NCBI RefSeq assembly: GCF_006345805.1
Contig: NW_021828676.1
Coordinates: 1 to 7,932 of the forward strand
Direction: 5' to 3'
Source of the DNA: Octopus sinensis
Taxonomy: Eukaryota
DNA: 7,932 nt
Below the pieces are notes generated by a model. It was not told where the DNA came from. It did not search any database and saw nothing but the letters and a program-made list of their open reading frames with translations. Below are positions 7,546 to 7,932 of this stretch, piece by piece. Numbering within the stretch: position 1 is the first letter of the stretch; each line of letters starts with the position of its first letter. A program made the translations under genes and the position numbers.

Positions 7546-7700
7546 AACCTCCCGTGTGATTTTGGAATATATGTAATCGATTGCAGAATACTTCTCCAAT
7601 CGATGGCATTTATTAGATTTTCATTGGATGATATTAATAGAAATGGCTGCTCCAATATCCTCCCGCCGCCACCCGCTTCTTTTGTTATTTGATTTGAATT

Positions 7701-7882
7701 AATATATGTGTGTACTTGTGCGTGTGTGTGTACTTGTGCGTGTGTGTGTACGTGTGTAATTTTATATGTATATATATGTTTGTATATTTATAGTTATGCA
7801 TTTATGTATACGTGTATCTGTGCACACACACATTTATATATATATATATACATACACACACATATACATACATACACACACA

Positions 7883-7926
<44 letters not shown>

Positions 7927-7932
7927 ATATAT
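7701..7932. repeat. Compound TG/TA/CA low-complexity microsatellite, including an 18-bp unit (GTGTGTACTTGTGCGTGT) about 2.5 times
   Basis: Directly visible; runs to the end of the window. Confidence 0.95.

Noticed and set aside
7576-7604. 8-bp inverted repeat ATCGATTG/CAATCGAT downstream of the RTE remnant
   Set aside because: Too short to distinguish from chance in a single copy; it cannot be assigned as a LINE 3' stem-loop.
7243-7692. 149-aa ORF (and the antisense 110-aa ORF) as a host gene
   Set aside because: Only parts are in the RTE reading frame. Homology jumps between frames, so it is a chance open frame across a decayed LINE.

Overview
Eukaryotic, AT-rich, repeat-dominated non-coding window with no credible intact host gene. 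The SINE families and microsatellite load resemble octopus/coleoid cephalopod DNA (recognition from memory, not a database result). From left to right: two oppositely oriented 5' pieces of a dead mariner with a tRNA-derived SINE at their junction; long compound microsatellites, including about 1 kb of TCTG/CCTG; a ~215-bp repeat with a complete minimal type-I hammerhead-ribozyme fold and a non-canonical core base; a TSD-flanked SINE monomer; a ~2-kb foldback whose two arms each took an insertion (left: a TSD-flanked 242-bp element with a decayed hammerhead; right: one SINE head plus six 184-bp SINE bodies between a perfect 19-bp TSD); a 398-bp non-autonomous Helitron; and a frameshifted RTE-clade LINE 3' remnant. 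The most interesting items are the hammerhead-like motifs, the SINE concatemer with its junction echoed in the monomer tail, and the nested foldback. All have precedents in transposon biology, so I cannot claim a new system from this window alone.
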